Below, in pieces: positions 1 through 9,546 of a stretch of DNA of 64,000 nucleotides. The DNA is from Alphaproteobacteria bacterium. GTDB taxonomy: Bacteria; Pseudomonadota; Alphaproteobacteria; RF32; CAG-239. The notes under the pieces were generated by a model. That model did not search any database. It was not told the origin of the DNA and was given only the letters and a program-made list of their open reading frames with translations. The DNA lies in contig SUUK01000001.1 of assembly GCA_015062535.1 (NCBI GenBank), positions 399,055 to 463,054 of the forward strand. The letters are read 5' to 3'. The translations under genes were made by a program, and so were the position numbers. Every line of letters begins with the position of its first letter. The first letter of the stretch is position 1.

Positions 1-452
1 TTTATTCACACGCAAAACATGGTAATTATGCAAAACATGCTAAAAAAGATTATAGTTCTTGGAAAGTAAATCTCGGCATGGATATTGCAAAATATACAAG
101 CGTAGAAGCATTCTTTCAACAATCCGGAGAACGTAAATCCCACGAAGAACCAAACCAAATAAAATCAGAATACTATGCTTGGGGTTTGGATTTATATGGT
201 AAAATGCCTATAATGTGCTCAGGTTTTAATTTACTAGGTTCTTTAGGTCTTGCTGACTATAACGTAAAATATAAATTTAAACCTCAAGGAAGCATAGACA
301 AACAACGCATGGGTTATCGTGCTGGTATCGGTTTCTCATACGACTTCACACACAATGTTTCAATGCGTGTAATGGGACGTTATGCTTATGTAGGTATGAA
401 AAGCCTAGACCATATCATGGAAATGACTGCAGGTTTAAGCTACGCCTTTTAA
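1..452 (+). CDS. Omp25/Omp31/Hbp-family outer-membrane beta-barrel protein, C-terminal portion (5' end lies upstream of window)
   Basis: The reading frame is open from base 3 with no stop before 452. The C-terminus ...TAGLSYAF ends in Phe, as in OMP barrels, and alternating aromatic/hydrophobic strands are present (GFSYDF, RVMGRYAYVG). Confidence 0.5.
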   Translation, partial: YSHAKHGNYAKHAKKDYSSWKVNLGMDIAKYTSVEAFFQQSGERKSHEEPNQIKSEYYAWGLDLYGKMPIMCSGFNLLGSLGLADYNVKYKFKPQGSIDKQRMGYRAGIGFSYDFTHNVSMRVMGRYAYVGMKSLDHIMEMTAGLSYAF

Positions 453-481
453 GCCTTTCAAATTCTATTTAAAAACAAAAA

Positions 482-512
482 CTTCAAGAGGAATCCTAAA
501 CCTCCTCTTGAA
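482..512. terminator. bidirectional rho-independent terminator hairpin
   Basis: CTTCAAGAGGA..TCCTCTTGAAG is an 11-bp perfect stem lying between convergent genes. Confidence 0.5.
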
Positions 513-531
513 GTTAAACTTAATAAAAATA

Positions 532-2502
532 TTATCTCTCTTTTATTCTCAATACCGAATTTATCACTGCATTTTTATTTTTATCATCAGTATTACACAA
601 ACTTCTAACCGCATCACGAGATGTCCGAATTGTGCTATCACCAATATCTTGAGCAAAATTAAATGGCTCATTAACAGCTTTAGCTAATAACTCATATGCA
701 TTATCACCAAATTTATCATACAGTGTATTAATTGTCCTTCCAACTTCCATTGCATTTTTAGCCCCATTAATTCGGTTCATCCCTTCAATAACCTTAAGCA
801 TACGCGCTTTTTCTTTAGCCTCATTTTGCATATCTTTCTTTAAGATTTCTCTATCTTTTTTTCCAATCAATACATCAGGCTTATCTCTATTCGTTGGTTT
901 TTCAATAACATCTGCCATCAAATTTAATATTTGTGCATTTTGAACAGGAGATACCCTTTTTTCCTTGCTCCATTCATGATATTGAGGAACACCTTTACTT
1001 ATATCATGAATTGGTTGATTATCATGCCCTCTAAGATTTTCACTATTTTCATTTCCCAACCAACTTTTTACAGCATCAACACAATCACTTCCAAATTCCA
1101 TACATTTCTTTCCTACTGCCAAAATAGGTGCTCCAATTCCAACCCCTAATACTTCCACAGGATAACGTAACCCATAAGGCATATTAGCAGCCTTATCATA
1201 ATCTAATTCATCACCCAAAAAGAAATTTCCATATTGTTTCACACCTCGTCCCCACATTCCCATATCTTCTAATTTTTGTTGAGCTTCTTGAGCTTTTTGA
1301 GGCAATTCTTTTAATGGCAATTCGTCATTAGGATTAAACGCCTTTCTTAAATTTATCTCACCCTCATATTTCAAATCATCTTCATTAAACTTTACTGTTC
1401 CTGTATAAATTTTATCAACTGCATCATTATATGCTTTGTCATCCCCTTCAGGTAGTTTTTCCCCTCGTTTTTCATAATCTTTTGCAATATTAGTAATAAC
1501 ATCTTCTATTACTTTTTTATCTTCTTGAGCTATATTATCAAGAGCTTCTTTATAATTTTCCTGTGTTGAATCATCAAGTTTTCCTTCTGTTAAATAATAA
1601 TATGCCGCCATATCCAAAATAAGTTTACCTTTCGTCGATTCACTTTCAGAAGAAACATAGTCTTTAGAGTTTATTCCAACTTTCGAATCTTTCATAACCA
1701 AAGCATGTTGCAATAGTTTTTGATATTGAAGCAAACTCATTTTCCCATCATATTCAGGGATTTCTAGAGCTTCTGCCCATTTTTCTCCTGATAAAATTTT
1801 AAGTTTACCCTGTTCTGGAACTTCCACATCTTTATCCATATATTTAGTAAAATCAATTCCACCAATATTATAAGCTATTTTTTTAGCTCTTTCATAATTT
1901 TCGTCATAAAACTCTGCATTTTTACCATCTTCTTCACCATAATATTTAGCATTTATAATATGATCATCTAGATAGAAATTAGATGCATACGTTTTCACCC
2001 ACATATCACGTGTTCCATTGACAATTAATGCCATTTCTTTATCAAAATCTTCTTTAGAATTACTAAATGGATTTATTTCCCCATTTTTAATAGCATCTAT
2101 ATAAAAATCAAAATTACTTTTATCTTCTTCAAAAACAGAAATATCTCCAGTTTTTAAATATTTATCTCTTAAATAAATTAATCCTGCCATATTTGCTGAT
2201 ATTTCATCATGCATACAAACTTTATAAGCCTGCTCCACAGACATTGCATATGCGTGTATACCTTGGTTTGCATTATCACGGTGTTTTTGTTCATGTATTA
2301 GAACAGCACCACTTCCACTCCATTTGTTAAAATCTTCATCATTTTCTAAATAATTAATAGTGATACTATTATTAGCAGGATTAAAATATCCACCAGTACC
2401 TGTGTTATTAGCCAATGTATCCACCTGAAAATCAACATTGCGCATTCTCTCTGTGGCTTCATCAAAATCTTTTTTCATACTTTTTTTCAAATCATCCCTC
2501 AT
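532..2502 (-). CDS. large acidic hypothetical protein with N-terminal HExxH zincin-like motif (possible secreted metalloprotease/effector)
   Basis: 656-aa ORF with HEQKH at residues 70-74 (nt 2281-2295) and a downstream Glu-rich segment. It has no TM segment or signal peptide and is lysine/glutamate-rich. Confidence 0.35.
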   Translation of the reverse strand: MRDDLKKSMKKDFDEATERMRNVDFQVDTLANNTGTGGYFNPANNSITINYLENDEDFNKWSGSGAVLIHEQKHRDNANQGIHAYAMSVEQAYKVCMHDEISANMAGLIYLRDKYLKTGDISVFEEDKSNFDFYIDAIKNGEINPFSNSKEDFDKEMALIVNGTRDMWVKTYASNFYLDDHIINAKYYGEEDGKNAEFYDENYERAKKIAYNIGGIDFTKYMDKDVEVPEQGKLKILSGEKWAEALEIPEYDGKMSLLQYQKLLQHALVMKDSKVGINSKDYVSSESESTKGKLILDMAAYYYLTEGKLDDSTQENYKEALDNIAQEDKKVIEDVITNIAKDYEKRGEKLPEGDDKAYNDAVDKIYTGTVKFNEDDLKYEGEINLRKAFNPNDELPLKELPQKAQEAQQKLEDMGMWGRGVKQYGNFFLGDELDYDKAANMPYGLRYPVEVLGVGIGAPILAVGKKCMEFGSDCVDAVKSWLGNENSENLRGHDNQPIHDISKGVPQYHEWSKEKRVSPVQNAQILNLMADVIEKPTNRDKPDVLIGKKDREILKKDMQNEAKEKARMLKVIEGMNRINGAKNAMEVGRTINTLYDKFGDNAYELLAKAVNEPFNFAQDIGDSTIRTSRDAVRSLCNTDDKNKNAVINSVLRIKER

Positions 2503-2648
2503 AATATCCCCCTAAAAAGCATACCACATACAAAAATTATACCATAACCCCTAAATATTGTCAATATTTTTACCCCCAACCACTACTTTTCCATTATTGC
2601 ACAAAAAAAGAGAGCACTAAGCCCTCTTTTAACAAACGCTATAAAAAC

Positions 2649-3506
2649 TTATGCAACCTTAAAGTTTGCCATAAGCATAGACAATACTTTATCAAGAGTT
2701 CCCTTTAGGTCTTTACGTTCAACAACAATATCAACCATACCATGCTCTTTCAAATATTCAGCAGTTTGGAAACCTTCTGGTAATTTTTCACGAATAGTTT
2801 GTTCAATAACACGTTTACCCGCAAAACCGATTAAAGAGCCACGTTCTGCAATATGAATATCACCAATCATTGCAAAAGAAGCAGAAACACCACCAGTTGT
2901 AGGGTCAGTAAATATAGAAATATAAGGAAGTCCCTTTTCTTTCAATCTATTAATAGCCGCAGTAGTTCTTGCCATCTGCATTAATGAGAGCATACCTTCT
3001 TGCATACGAGCACCACCAGATGCACTAGCAATAATAAGTGGGCAATTATGCTCATAAGCATATTCAGCCGCCGCAACAATTCCCTCACCAACAGCAGTTC
3101 CCATAGAACCTCCCATAAAAGAGAAATCCATAGCCACAACTACACTATCAATATCACTAACTTTACCCAATCCAACTTTAATAGCATCAAGTCCACCAGT
3201 TTTTTTACGATATACTTTAAGTCTATCAGTATAACGTTGAGTGTCCTTAAACTTCAATGGGTCTTCTTTAACCTGAGGTAAAACCATCTCAGAATAAATA
3301 CCATTATCAAAAAGTTGCTTCAAACGTTTATCAACATAGAGTCTCAAATGATGATTACATTTTGTACATACATACAAAGACTGCTTTAATTCCTTAGAAA
3401 AAAGCATTTGACCACATTCTGGGCATTTTACCCACAAATCATCTGCAATTTCCTTTGGAGTTGTCTTTTTAATCTTTGGTCGAACAATATCTGTCAGCCA
3501 ATTCAT
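2649..3506 (-). CDS. accD: acetyl-CoA carboxylase carboxyltransferase beta subunit
   Basis: N-terminal Zn-ribbon CPECGQ..CTKCNHH, the carboxyltransferase core GGSMG and length (285 aa) match AccD. Confidence 0.9.
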   Translation of the reverse strand: MNWLTDIVRPKIKKTTPKEIADDLWVKCPECGQMLFSKELKQSLYVCTKCNHHLRLYVDKRLKQLFDNGIYSEMVLPQVKEDPLKFKDTQRYTDRLKVYRKKTGGLDAIKVGLGKVSDIDSVVVAMDFSFMGGSMGTAVGEGIVAAAEYAYEHNCPLIIASASGGARMQEGMLSLMQMARTTAAINRLKEKGLPYISIFTDPTTGGVSASFAMIGDIHIAERGSLIGFAGKRVIEQTIREKLPEGFQTAEYLKEHGMVDIVVERKDLKGTLDKVLSMLMANFKVA

Positions 3507-3527
3507 TATATACCTCGCTTATTATTC

Positions 3528-3917
3528 TTATTCATCATTTAAGGGATGAGAAAACCATCCTTTAATTTTTTTATTTAAAGAAAAACCAGACCCACCCTTT
3601 TTTTCTACTTCTTCCTGAAGAGAATTAACTTGCTGATTTAGCTTATCATGTTCGTGGTTCAATTTTTCATGTTCTTTAGTTAGTTGTTTATTTTCTTTCT
3701 TTTGTCTGCGAATAGTTGCTCTAACTGGCGCATATTGAGACCATGCTACCAATCTACCACACAAATATCCCAAACCAAACAAAACAAAATAAACAATGCT
3801 AACAGCAATTTTCAAATCAGGAATAGGCCACAATGCAACTAATTCATTGTTTTGCACTAAAAACATAACAAATAATGTTAACAGCGGAAGTGAAATCAAA
3901 ACCTTTAAAAGCCACAT
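3528..3917 (-). CDS. LapA-family (DUF1049) inner-membrane protein
   Basis: Two N-terminal TM helices followed by a C-terminal coiled coil (KLNHEHDKLNQQVNSLQEEVEKK). It sits immediately downstream of ihfB, the usual position for this family. Confidence 0.45.
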   Translation of the reverse strand: MWLLKVLISLPLLTLFVMFLVQNNELVALWPIPDLKIAVSIVYFVLFGLGYLCGRLVAWSQYAPVRATIRRQKKENKQLTKEHEKLNHEHDKLNQQVNSLQEEVEKKGGSGFSLNKKIKGWFSHPLNDE

Positions 3918-3944
3918 ATCAGTCTCCTCTGATTAATTAAACCT

Positions 3945-4226
3945 CTAGTTTTCGTTCAATTTTTCATGCAATTCTTTACCAACTTTGAAATGCACAATAT
4001 TACGACTACCAATTTTAACTTTAGCGCCAGTTCTTGGATTTTGCGCAACTCTTGGTTCTCTTTTATGAATAGAGAAAACACCAAAACCTCTAAACTCAAC
4101 CCTATCACCTTTTGCCAAAGCTGCAGTTACATTTTGAAAAATGATATTAACAATTTTCTCAACTTCGCTAATCAAAAGATTAGGATTCTTCTTTGCTACA
4201 CTTTCAATTAATTCAGATCTAGTCAC
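3945..4226 (-). CDS. ihfB: integration host factor beta subunit; GTG start preferred over upstream ATG at 4283
   Basis: VTRSELIE..RGFGVFSIHKREPRVAQNPRTGAKV..VHFKVGKEL aligns with E. coli IhfB (MTKSELIE..RGFGSFSLH..PHFKPGKEL). GAGAGG lies 6 nt upstream of the GTG at 4224-4226. Confidence 0.85.
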   Translation of the reverse strand: MTRSELIESVAKKNPNLLISEVEKIVNIIFQNVTAALAKGDRVEFRGFGVFSIHKREPRVAQNPRTGAKVKIGSRNIVHFKVGKELHEKLNEN

Positions 4227-4311
4227 AATATACCTCTCATGAAAATATAAACTTATTAATCTCGAACTTGGTAGATAACACAAAATTTATAACTTAGCTA
4301 TAATTTTTTGC

Positions 4312-4968
4312 TTATTTTACACAAGCATCGGCATTTCTTATATACAATGGTTTCGGAAAATCAAGATTTTTTTCAAAATATTTTTTATATGTTGCCTCAA
4401 ACAAAGCCTTAGCATTAACTAGCTCAGATAATTCAACATACTTAATTTGAAGTCCCATAGATTGAGACAATAATCTTTCAACTCCATCACCAATAAAGCT
4501 AACTTGATGACCACTAAGCTTTTCCTTTATTTCCTCACGAGTTAAAGCCAAAGGCTTAGTAACCTTATTCATGTTCTCATCAAATAATTGAAAATAAAAG
4601 TCCTCTCGCTTAGTTTCAATAACCACTGCGTTATAAAAAGCCCTATTCTTTTCGTCTAGCATTCTAGCATAAACATCAAACATAGAAACACCAGTAACCA
4701 AAAGTTTATGACAAGAAAAAGCCAAAGCTTTTGCAAAAGAAACTCCAGCTCTAACCCCTGTAAAAGAACCTGGACCAACCGCAACGCCCAACAAATCAAC
4801 ATCTTCAAATAAGATTTTTTCATTATCAAGCACTTCTTTTAAGCCAACTGCTAATTCTTCAGCCTGTCCAAATTCCATAAATTTTTCAATTTTACAACGA
4901 CATTCCATATCTTTATAAAGAGCTAAAATAACTCCATTTGCCGTCGTATCAAAAACTAATGTGTACAT
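4312..4968 (-). CDS. tsaB: tRNA threonylcarbamoyladenosine biosynthesis protein TsaB (YeaZ)
   Basis: GPGSFTGVRAG motif, N-terminal FDTT and length (218 aa) match TsaB. Confidence 0.8.
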   Translation of the reverse strand: MYTLVFDTTANGVILALYKDMECRCKIEKFMEFGQAEELAVGLKEVLDNEKILFEDVDLLGVAVGPGSFTGVRAGVSFAKALAFSCHKLLVTGVSMFDVYARMLDEKNRAFYNAVVIETKREDFYFQLFDENMNKVTKPLALTREEIKEKLSGHQVSFIGDGVERLLSQSMGLQIKYVELSELVNAKALFEATYKKYFEKNLDFPKPLYIRNADACVK

Positions 4969-5086
4969 AACCTTGTTTACTCTTTCAAATTTTAGTTGCT
5001 AACCTCTATAAAATACCTTAAGTTAGTCTATATATTAAAATAAAAAAACAAACAACCCTTATTTTTACTTTTCTGAAAGAAAATCT

Positions 5087-6709
5087 ATGACTATAGAAAC
5101 AATAACAAAACTCTTATATATATGGCTTTCATTAAGCCTGTTATTCCCTGTTTTTGCCGTTATCATCACACTAAAAAACAAAAAATTAAAAAGAAACTTG
5201 CAAAAACAAGACATGGCTAACCGTTACTATGAAGAGATGTTATATGCTTCTCAAGATGGTTACTTAACCTATTCAAAATACAAAAATAAAACTTTTGAAT
5301 ATTGCTCAAGACGTCTTGCAACATTTCTTAACTTAAAAAAAGGTGAAGACAGCACCTCTCAAGAAGTTTTTTCTTTATTTTCAAACGAATACAAAGATAA
5401 ATTAACTTATCACTTTAACATACTAATCACTCGAGGTATCAGTTTTGAATTAATTGCTAAGACCAAAAATGATAAAACATTTAGTATTATAGGCGCTAGA
5501 ATAAACTCTTCCGATTCTGAAATAAATAGCAATTGCCTTTGGTTTAGAGATATCACTAACTACACCCAATACATTGATAAAATTAACAATGATTGCGCCA
5601 AATATACAGAACAAATCAAAAATTACCGTATCCTAATAGATAACCTACCAACCCCAATTTGGTTAAGAGATGAAAATCTAAATATAACGCTCCTTAACCG
5701 CCCATACCTAAAATTGTTAGGACTAAAAAATTTCCAAGAATTAACTCTAGAAAACAGTATTTTAAAAGATTTAGGCAACACCACAGACCTAAAAGAACTT
5801 GCTAAAACAGCCCAAATATCAAACACCATACAAAAAAAGCAAATCAACATCTTAAATTCCGGAGATCTTAGAAAATTTGAGATAACCGAAACTCCATATC
5901 ACGATTCTTCCTTAAAAACCACTCATATCGTTGGTTCACTCGTTGATATAACCAATTTTGATGATGCCAAAAGAAACTACCAAATGCACCTAGATTCTCA
6001 TTTAGAGATATTAAGTTCGCTAGATACAGCCTTTTGCATCATAAATCCTGAACATAAATTTATCTTTTCTAACTCCGCATTCTTAAATCTATGGAATTTA
6101 CCATCAAATTTCACAGATCAAGCCCCACATTACAACCTATTCTTAGATAAAATAAGAGAATTAAAAACTCTTCCCGAAGTTCCAGACTTTAAACTCTATA
6201 AAGAAGAAGAAAACAAAGCCTTTGATGATTTAAGAGAGCCTAAAGAAGACCTACTCTACATCCCAGATGGTAGAACATTTAAGCGCATTCGCGCCCCTCA
6301 CTCTGACGGAACATTAATTGCTTATGAAGATATAACTGATGACTTAGCAATAACACGTAGCCTCAATGATTTAACCAACGTACAACAAGGAATATTAAAC
6401 AATCTTCCCGATTCGGTTGTAATCTTCTCTCCAACCCTAAAATTAAAGACATATAACCATGCGTTTATAAACCTATTAAAAATTCAAAACAACGACTTAT
6501 CTGTTGATATGAACCTAAAAGATGTAATTGATTTGCACAAAAACATCTTACCAGAACTAGACGATTGGAAGTCATTCAAAGAAAATATGATAACTCATAT
6601 CACCTCAATGAATACTTTTAACTTAAAACTAAAAAACAAGAAGAACATCACGGTAACCCCAGCTGTTCTGCCAGACACATCATTAATGATAACCTACCAT
6701 AAGGAGTAA
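5087..6709 (+). CDS. membrane-anchored PAS-repeat sensor protein lacking a recognisable kinase domain
   Basis: An N-terminal TM segment is followed by several PAS-like repeats (LPTPIWLRDENLNITLLN; LDTAFCIINPEHKFIFSNSAFLNLW; LPDSVVIFSP). No H-box or HATPase motif is present. Confidence 0.4.
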   Translation: MTIETITKLLYIWLSLSLLFPVFAVIITLKNKKLKRNLQKQDMANRYYEEMLYASQDGYLTYSKYKNKTFEYCSRRLATFLNLKKGEDSTSQEVFSLFSNEYKDKLTYHFNILITRGISFELIAKTKNDKTFSIIGARINSSDSEINSNCLWFRDITNYTQYIDKINNDCAKYTEQIKNYRILIDNLPTPIWLRDENLNITLLNRPYLKLLGLKNFQELTLENSILKDLGNTTDLKELAKTAQISNTIQKKQINILNSGDLRKFEITETPYHDSSLKTTHIVGSLVDITNFDDAKRNYQMHLDSHLEILSSLDTAFCIINPEHKFIFSNSAFLNLWNLPSNFTDQAPHYNLFLDKIRELKTLPEVPDFKLYKEEENKAFDDLREPKEDLLYIPDGRTFKRIRAPHSDGTLIAYEDITDDLAITRSLNDLTNVQQGILNNLPDSVVIFSPTLKLKTYNHAFINLLKIQNNDLSVDMNLKDVIDLHKNILPELDDWKSFKENMITHITSMNTFNLKLKNKKNITVTPAVLPDTSLMITYHKE

Positions 6710-6710
6710 A

Positions 6711-7133
6711 ATGAAAGTCATCCAACATTTATCCCCCAAATGTTCCAAGACTATCCAAACTCTACAAAAAAATATCGAAAAAATATATAACTCAGAAACG
6801 CTCACCCTCTTAGATGAGCCTCAAAACACTTTAGAAGAAGAAAAAAACTCAACAAAAACTCTTCAAATCATCAAAGAACAGCAAGACCTAACCAAAATCA
6901 CCATCAAAGACAATGCCTCACTTATTGCCAAAAAGCTAGGCTTAAAAAACAATAAAACTGTTGATAGAAAAATCTTAAATACCGCCCTTTTGAACCTAAA
7001 GCAAATAAGGCGTCTCGCCATAAAAGAAAAAATCGAGCGCCCCCTAAAATTAAAAACCAAATTAACCGAAAAAGACCTAAAAAACTTAAAAACCCTAAAA
7101 AAAATCATAAAAAAACACACAAAACAATCTTAA
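6711..7133 (+). CDS. hypothetical lysine-rich low-complexity protein
   Basis: ORF directly follows the PAS protein; composition K/L/T-rich; could be remnant of degenerated gene. Confidence 0.2.
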   Translation: MKVIQHLSPKCSKTIQTLQKNIEKIYNSETLTLLDEPQNTLEEEKNSTKTLQIIKEQQDLTKITIKDNASLIAKKLGLKNNKTVDRKILNTALLNLKQIRRLAIKEKIERPLKLKTKLTEKDLKNLKTLKKIIKKHTKQS

Positions 7134-7239
7134 ATATTGTAATTACACAATATTTTCCTCCTTTATTATTGTTGACAGTAACAAAAAATCGTGCTATCCT
7201 AAACCTTGTGATTTATAATAATAAAGGTAGAGGACAATT

Positions 7240-7656
7240 ATGGAAAACCAATATTATGCAGTCGTTGAAAAACAAGACTTTTTTGAAATTATAGAAAATA
7301 AATTTGGGGAATTAGCTATTTTCATTGATGCACGAGAAGATACCCCGTCAACTCCAATCTTAGAATACAATGGTGATACAACAGCCGTACTTCATCGAGA
7401 TGAAAAAAGAATAATAAGACTAGAAGGTATAACCAAAGAAACAGGCTCTACTCTAGCAGAAGCAGAAGTTGTTTTATTTGTAGAAACCAACAAAGACACC
7501 GTTGTTAGAACTTATGCTGTTCCAGTACAAACAGTTGAAGTTATTTCATTTAAAGGCCGTCAAGTAAGAGCTGATGAATATGAACGCTACAAGAGCAAAC
7601 AAGAAATTATTGATGCATTTGGAGCTATAAACATTTGGAGCAATGGAGATAAATAA
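7240..7656 (+). CDS. hypothetical protein upstream of PTS EIIA/HPr pair
   Basis: 138-aa ORF in operon-like arrangement with EIIA-Man and HPr; no P-loop so not HprK. Confidence 0.35.
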   Translation: MENQYYAVVEKQDFFEIIENKFGELAIFIDAREDTPSTPILEYNGDTTAVLHRDEKRIIRLEGITKETGSTLAEAEVVLFVETNKDTVVRTYAVPVQTVEVISFKGRQVRADEYERYKSKQEIIDAFGAINIWSNGDK

Positions 7657-8055
7657 ATGATAGGTATAGTATTAGTAACTCATGGCAATCTAGCAGATGA
7701 ATTTTTATCAGCAATGCAACACGTTGTTGGCCATCAATCTCAAATAGCAACAGCATGCATTGGTCCAAATGACGATATGAATGAAAGAAGAGAAGATATT
7801 TTAGCCAAAGTAACCGAAGTAGATACAGGCGAAGGTGTAATTGTTTTAACAGATATGTTTGGAGGCACTCCTTCAAACCTAGCCATTTCAATCATGGATC
7901 AAAAAAATGTTGAAGTAATTGCCGGCATAAATTTACCAATGCTTGTAAAACTTGCAAATCTTCGTAAAGACATGAACTTAAAAGATGCAGTACATGGCGC
8001 TAAAGAAGCCGGTATCAAATACATCACTATTGCATCAGAACTATTAGGAAAATAA
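7657..8055 (+). CDS. PTS EIIA component, mannose/fructose family (regulatory EIIA-Man)
   Basis: MIGIVLVTHGNLA..SAM..VVG with the phosphorylatable His in the VTHG motif. It is 132 aa, the typical EIIA-Man size. Confidence 0.8.
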   Translation: MIGIVLVTHGNLADEFLSAMQHVVGHQSQIATACIGPNDDMNERREDILAKVTEVDTGEGVIVLTDMFGGTPSNLAISIMDQKNVEVIAGINLPMLVKLANLRKDMNLKDAVHGAKEAGIKYITIASELLGK

Positions 8056-8058
8056 AAT

Positions 8059-8337
8059 ATGACAGATGCAATAAAAACCGAACTAAAAATACAAAATCAA
8101 CGAGGCCTACATGCAAGAGCTGCCGCCAACTTTGTAAAAGCCCTAGATGGCTTAAATGCAGAAGTAGAGGTAGAGCGTTTAGGACAAACTGTTGATGGCT
8201 GTTCAATCATGGGATTAATGATGCTTGCTGCCTCAATCGGCACCACAATCACCGTAACCGCAAGAGGGACAGATGCTAAAAAGGCCATAGATAATTTAAC
8301 AACTCTTGTAAATAACAAGTTTGGAGAAGAACAATGA
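8059..8337 (+). CDS. ptsH: phosphocarrier protein HPr (NPr-like)
   Basis: QNQRGLHARAAANFV has the HPr active-site His15 context. Length is 92 aa. Confidence 0.85.
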   Translation: MTDAIKTELKIQNQRGLHARAAANFVKALDGLNAEVEVERLGQTVDGCSIMGLMMLAASIGTTITVTARGTDAKKAIDNLTTLVNNKFGEEQ

Positions 8338-9266
8338 GTAAAAGTCCTGCTCCTCGTAATAAAACCATATTTTTATCAGATGAGGAGATAGAACTCTACT
8401 CTAGCCGAGCTATTACACTCGATAAAAAAGCTAAAATCAGCGACATTTTAGATAAAACAATTTTCCAAGACACATTTGAAGCCCTCCCCAAACTCCCTGC
8501 AAACTTTGCAGATTTAGTAGTTGTAGACCCACCATATAATTTAACCAAAAAATTCGGAACCAAAGAATTTAAGTCAATGGACTGGAATGAATACAAAAAA
8601 TGGATGGACAAATGGCTAGCAGAAGTATTTATTTCATTAAAACCTAATGGTACATTATACATATGCTCAGATTGGAATACATCAATTGCTATCCCAGAGA
8701 TTGCTGGAAAATATTTCCTATTAAAAAATCGCATCACATGGGAACGAGAAAAAGGAAGAAGTGCCGGCAATAACTGGAAAAACTGCATAGAAGATGTATG
8801 GTTTTTCACCAAATCACCAGAATATACCTTCAACCTTGATGCCGTAAAATTAAAAAGACCAGTTTTAGCCCCATATAAAGATGAACAAGGTCAAGCCAAA
8901 GACTGGCAAGAAGACGAAGAAAATGATGGAAAAAAATATCGTCTAACCGCACCATCAAATTTGTGGACAGATATTTCAATTCCTTTCTGGTCAATGGCAG
9001 AAAACACCCCTCACCCAACACAAAAACCAGAAAAATTGATTGCAAAATTAATTTTAGCCTCAAGTAATGAGGGAGATGTTGTATTTGACCCATTTTTAGG
9101 TTCAGGAACAACCTCGGTTACAGCCAAAAAATTAGGAAGACACTTTGTCGGTATAGAGCGCGAAAAAGAATATGTTGCTATCACAGAAAAACGCTTAGAA
9201 ATGGCAGATGAAAACCCAACAATTCAAGGTTATGAAAACGGAGTATTCAAGCTTCGTCACGACTAA
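8334..9266 (+). CDS. beta-class N6-adenine (or N4-cytosine) DNA methyltransferase, CcrM/HinfI-like, no cognate endonuclease nearby
   Basis: The DPPYN motif (motif IV) is N-terminal and DPFLGSGTT (motif I) C-terminal, which is the beta-class order. At 310 aa it is shorter than canonical CcrM. Confidence 0.75.
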   Translation: MSKSPAPRNKTIFLSDEEIELYSSRAITLDKKAKISDILDKTIFQDTFEALPKLPANFADLVVVDPPYNLTKKFGTKEFKSMDWNEYKKWMDKWLAEVFISLKPNGTLYICSDWNTSIAIPEIAGKYFLLKNRITWEREKGRSAGNNWKNCIEDVWFFTKSPEYTFNLDAVKLKRPVLAPYKDEQGQAKDWQEDEENDGKKYRLTAPSNLWTDISIPFWSMAENTPHPTQKPEKLIAKLILASSNEGDVVFDPFLGSGTTSVTAKKLGRHFVGIEREKEYVAITEKRLEMADENPTIQGYENGVFKLRHD

Positions 9267-9283
9267 TCAATACTTATAACCAA

Positions 9284-9319
9284 TAAAAAAACCACCATTT
9301 CTGGTGGCTTTTATTTTTT
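9284..9319. terminator. rho-independent terminator
   Basis: AAAAAAACCACCATTTCTGGTGGCTTTTATTTTTT hairpin followed by a T-run after the methyltransferase gene. Confidence 0.55.
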
Positions 9320-9327
9320 GAGCAAAA

Positions 9328-9546
9328 TTATTCACTCATATATCCTTTTTTTTCTAAATCCTTATCGGTTTCAGCATGCATAAGAAGATAATAAACACCT
9401 AAGAACCCCATAACCACACCAAAGGTTATAGTTATCTTAAAAAATGTTTCACCCGAAACAAAATCTCCCCAAACATTAAAAATAACAAATAGACCATAAA
9501 GCCCACAAAGCATCAAAATACAGCTTTTAAATGTTCTAAGACTCAT
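9328..9546 (-). CDS. small membrane protein (2 TM)
   Basis: 72-aa hydrophobic ORF. Confidence 0.3.
   Translation of the reverse strand: MSLRTFKSCILMLCGLYGLFVIFNVWGDFVSGETFFKITITFGVVMGFLGVYYLLMHAETDKDLEKKGYMSE

Noticed and set aside
3000-3281. Numerous short ORFs antisense to or nested inside long genes (for example 3000..3281, 5623..5850, 13684..13944, 31406..31795, 43000..43518)
   Set aside because: They are shadow ORFs within well-supported genes (accD, gyrA, terminase, tape measure and others). They lack RBSs and have skewed composition.
3945-4283. Longer IHF-beta ORF starting at the upstream ATG (MCYLPSSRLISLYFHERYI..)
   Set aside because: The extension has no homology to IhfB. The GTG at 4224-4226 follows a GAGAGG RBS and gives the canonical VTRSELIE N-terminus.
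7240-7656. HprK (HPr kinase/phosphorylase) expected upstream of EIIA-Man/HPr
   Set aside because: The 138-aa protein lacks the Walker A P-loop (GxSGxGKS) and the HprK C-terminal signature.
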